A stretch of DNA of 64,000 bases from Eledone cirrhosa (taxonomy: Eukaryota): the NCBI GenBank assembly GCA_964016885.1, contig OZ024741.1, positions 66,650,001 to 66,714,000 on the forward strand, read 5' to 3'. The translations under genes were made by a program, and so were the position numbers. The number at the start of each line of letters is the position of its first letter. Within the stretch, counting starts at the first letter, position 1. Shown here piece by piece: positions 60,747-64,000 of the stretch. The notes under the pieces were generated by a model. That model was not told where the DNA came from. It was given only the letters and a program-made list of their open reading frames with translations, and did no database searches.

Positions 60747-61214
60747 ATATATAATGCAAGCACAAACGTTATCTACAAAACACTTTTATACGCAGATATA
60801 CGCTATAAATCTCATGTATATAAGAACTTATAAGCAAATATATACTACAACGTACACATACACACATACATATACACATACACATACACATAGACATACA
60901 CACATACGCAAGTATATCCGAGAGAACACAAACACATACATGTTTATATATACAGTTGTATTCTATATATACAGGTGGGTCTATATACACACGGGCCCGT
61001 TGCCAGGCTGGTTGTACTGCGGGGCTTTGGCACATTTTCTAGGAGAGTCTTCTTTCGTAAGGAACATATTTCAGGAAGATGTTTTCTTTTTTTATATATA
61101 AACTCCTGTTTTCTGAATCTAAGTAAGCGCCATTAAATGGTGGGAGGTGTGTGTGGGGTGGTGGGGTGGTGGTTTTATTGACCAGCCAGTGCACCCCCTC
61201 ATGGCCACATAGAT

Positions 61215-61977
61215 ATTTGCATATATCTACTATAAAACGCACACACACACACACATACACACACACATACATACACATATACATACACGCACATACTAAC
61301 ACACACACACACATACACATACACACACACATACATACACATACACACACACATACATACACATTCACACACATACACACACATACATAACACACACACA
61401 TACACACACCCATACACACACATACATACACATATACATACACGCACATACATAACACACACATACACACATACACACACATACATACACATATACATAC
61501 ACGCACATACATAACACACACATACACACACATACACACACACATACATACACATATACATACACGCACATACATAACACACACACATACACACACATAC
61601 ACACACATACATACATACACATATACATACACATACATACATAGCACACACATACACACACACACACACAGACACACAGATATCCGTAAGTAGATCATCA
61701 TCATCATCATCATCATAGAGAACACGAACACATACTCAAACACAAACAAGTATATATACATATATATGTATATATACACACGCACACACACATATATACA
61801 CACACACACACACACGCACACCACACACACACATATATATATATATATAGTTAATAAATGAAGCAAAACAAAACATAGGAACTAAAATTACAGTTATATT
61901 AAGATTCAATCGGGGAAAACCAGTTAGTAAGGCACTCAATACATTTCTAGAGTGTAAACTTCAAGTTTGATATATAT

Positions 61978-62041
<64 letters not shown>

Positions 62042-62523
62042 GTGTGTGTGTAGCAAAATTGGCAACATGTACAACACACACACACATACACACACATGCA
62101 GGATGTCCCACAAAAATGTATAACACTTCAAAAGCATTCAAATAAACATGTGTATATATTTTGGGGGGGACACACTGTATGTATTTTTGACTACACACCT
62201 ATACATAAATATTTTCCTATATATAGTATAAAATAGACGTAACGATATATATATATATATATTTTATTCTTTTATTGTCTTATTTATGTCAGTCATTGTA
62301 CCACCGCCATGCTGGAGCAACCCCTTTTAACGATTTAATTGGTTCATATCGATGCTAGCACGTATTTCAGTCTTGTACTTGCTCTATCACTATTATTTTT
62401 GAAGTCGGACCCTTTATTTTAGGGGATTTCATTAAAAAAACAACTGTTTTTAAGCTGTGTAAATATAAACACAAGCACCAACACAGAAATAGATACACAC
62501 ACACACACACACACACACCCATG

Positions 62524-62555
<32 letters not shown>

Positions 62556-63922
62556 CACACATATATATATATAAGCAAAGGTATATTATATAACAGATAA
62601 AACAATATCAAAATACACACACAGATACCGACACTCAAACATATGTACACACACACAAGCACACATATATACACACACGCACACACATACATAAACAAAT
62701 GTATTATTATATAAGAGATAAACAAATACTAAAACACACACAGATATCAACACACACACAAATACGCACATACATATACACACACACACGCGCACATACG
62801 CACACACATATACACACACGCACACACACACACATACGCACACACATATACACACACACACACGCGCACATACGCACACAAATATACACACACGCATACG
62901 CACATACGCACACAAATACACACACGCACACACATATACACATACGCACACACACGCACATACGCACACACATATACACACACGCAAACACACACATACG
63001 CACACACACACATACGCACACACATATACACACACACGCGCGCACATACGCACACAGATATACACACACACACACGCACATATGCACACACATATACACA
63101 CACACATACGCACACACATATACACACACACGCGCGCACATACGCACACAGATATACACACACACACACGCACATATGCACACACATATACACACACACA
63201 TACGCACACAAATATACACACACGCACACGCACATACGTACACAAATACACACACACGCACACACATATACACATACGCACACACACGCACATACGCACA
63301 CAACTATACACACACGCACACACACATACACACACACACACATACGCACACACATATACACACACACGCGCGCACATACACACACAAATATACACACACG
63401 CACACGCAGATACGCACACACATATATACACACGCACACACACATACATACGCACAAACATATACACACACGCGCACATACGCACACAAATATACACACA
63501 CGCACATGCACATACGCACACAAATACACACACACGCACACACATATACACATACGCACACATACGCACACAACTATACACACACGCACACACACATACG
63601 CACACACATATACACACACACGCGCGCACATACGCACACAAATATACACACACGCACACGCACATACGCACACACATATACACACACGCACACACACACA
63701 CATACGCACACACATATACACACACACACGCGCACATACGCACATAAATATACACACACGTACACGCACATACGCACACAAATACACACACACGCACACA
63801 CACATACGCACACACATATACACATACGCACACACACGCACATACGCACACAAATACACACACACACACACACACATACGCACTCACATATACACATACG
63901 CACACACATGTACACACACACA
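61215..63922. repeat. Complex CA-rich mini/microsatellite arrays (CACATA; CACATACGCACACA)
   Basis: Direct reading, mainly 61215-61680 and 62745-63922. Confidence 0.9.
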
Positions 63923-64000
63923 TGGGGCAGTCAGGGCAATTCAGTTTTTCCTTTCCCCAGTCAGGGCAGGTACATCCTCAGATTCCTGGTCCCTCAGTCG

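Overview
AT-rich eukaryotic, microsatellite-saturated non-coding DNA, probably cephalopod/octopod judging from the SINE types and the (TA)n/(CA)n/(TATG)n load (inference). No intact host gene is supported, and most tracked ORFs are microsatellite artefacts. The window is a mosaic of decayed mobile elements: Penelope-like retroelements (two Naiad-type RT/GIY-YIG fragments and one other GIY-YIG fragment with three pLTR copies), four R4/Dong-type LINE fragments sitting in (TACA)n, CRE and RTE fragments, SINEs, hAT/Tc1 MITEs and a Helitron. The main signal is about 20 type I hammerhead ribozyme (HHR) motifs from about 10 distinct small element families, mostly inserted in (TA)n as head-to-head fold-backs. 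Three things stand out: a ~570-bp tandem/inverted repeat carrying a branched-stem-II HHR supported by covariation, a C-C mismatch shared by stem II of four families, and a shared 3' RCUC...GAGY stem-loop. All structures were folded by eye and none is tested.
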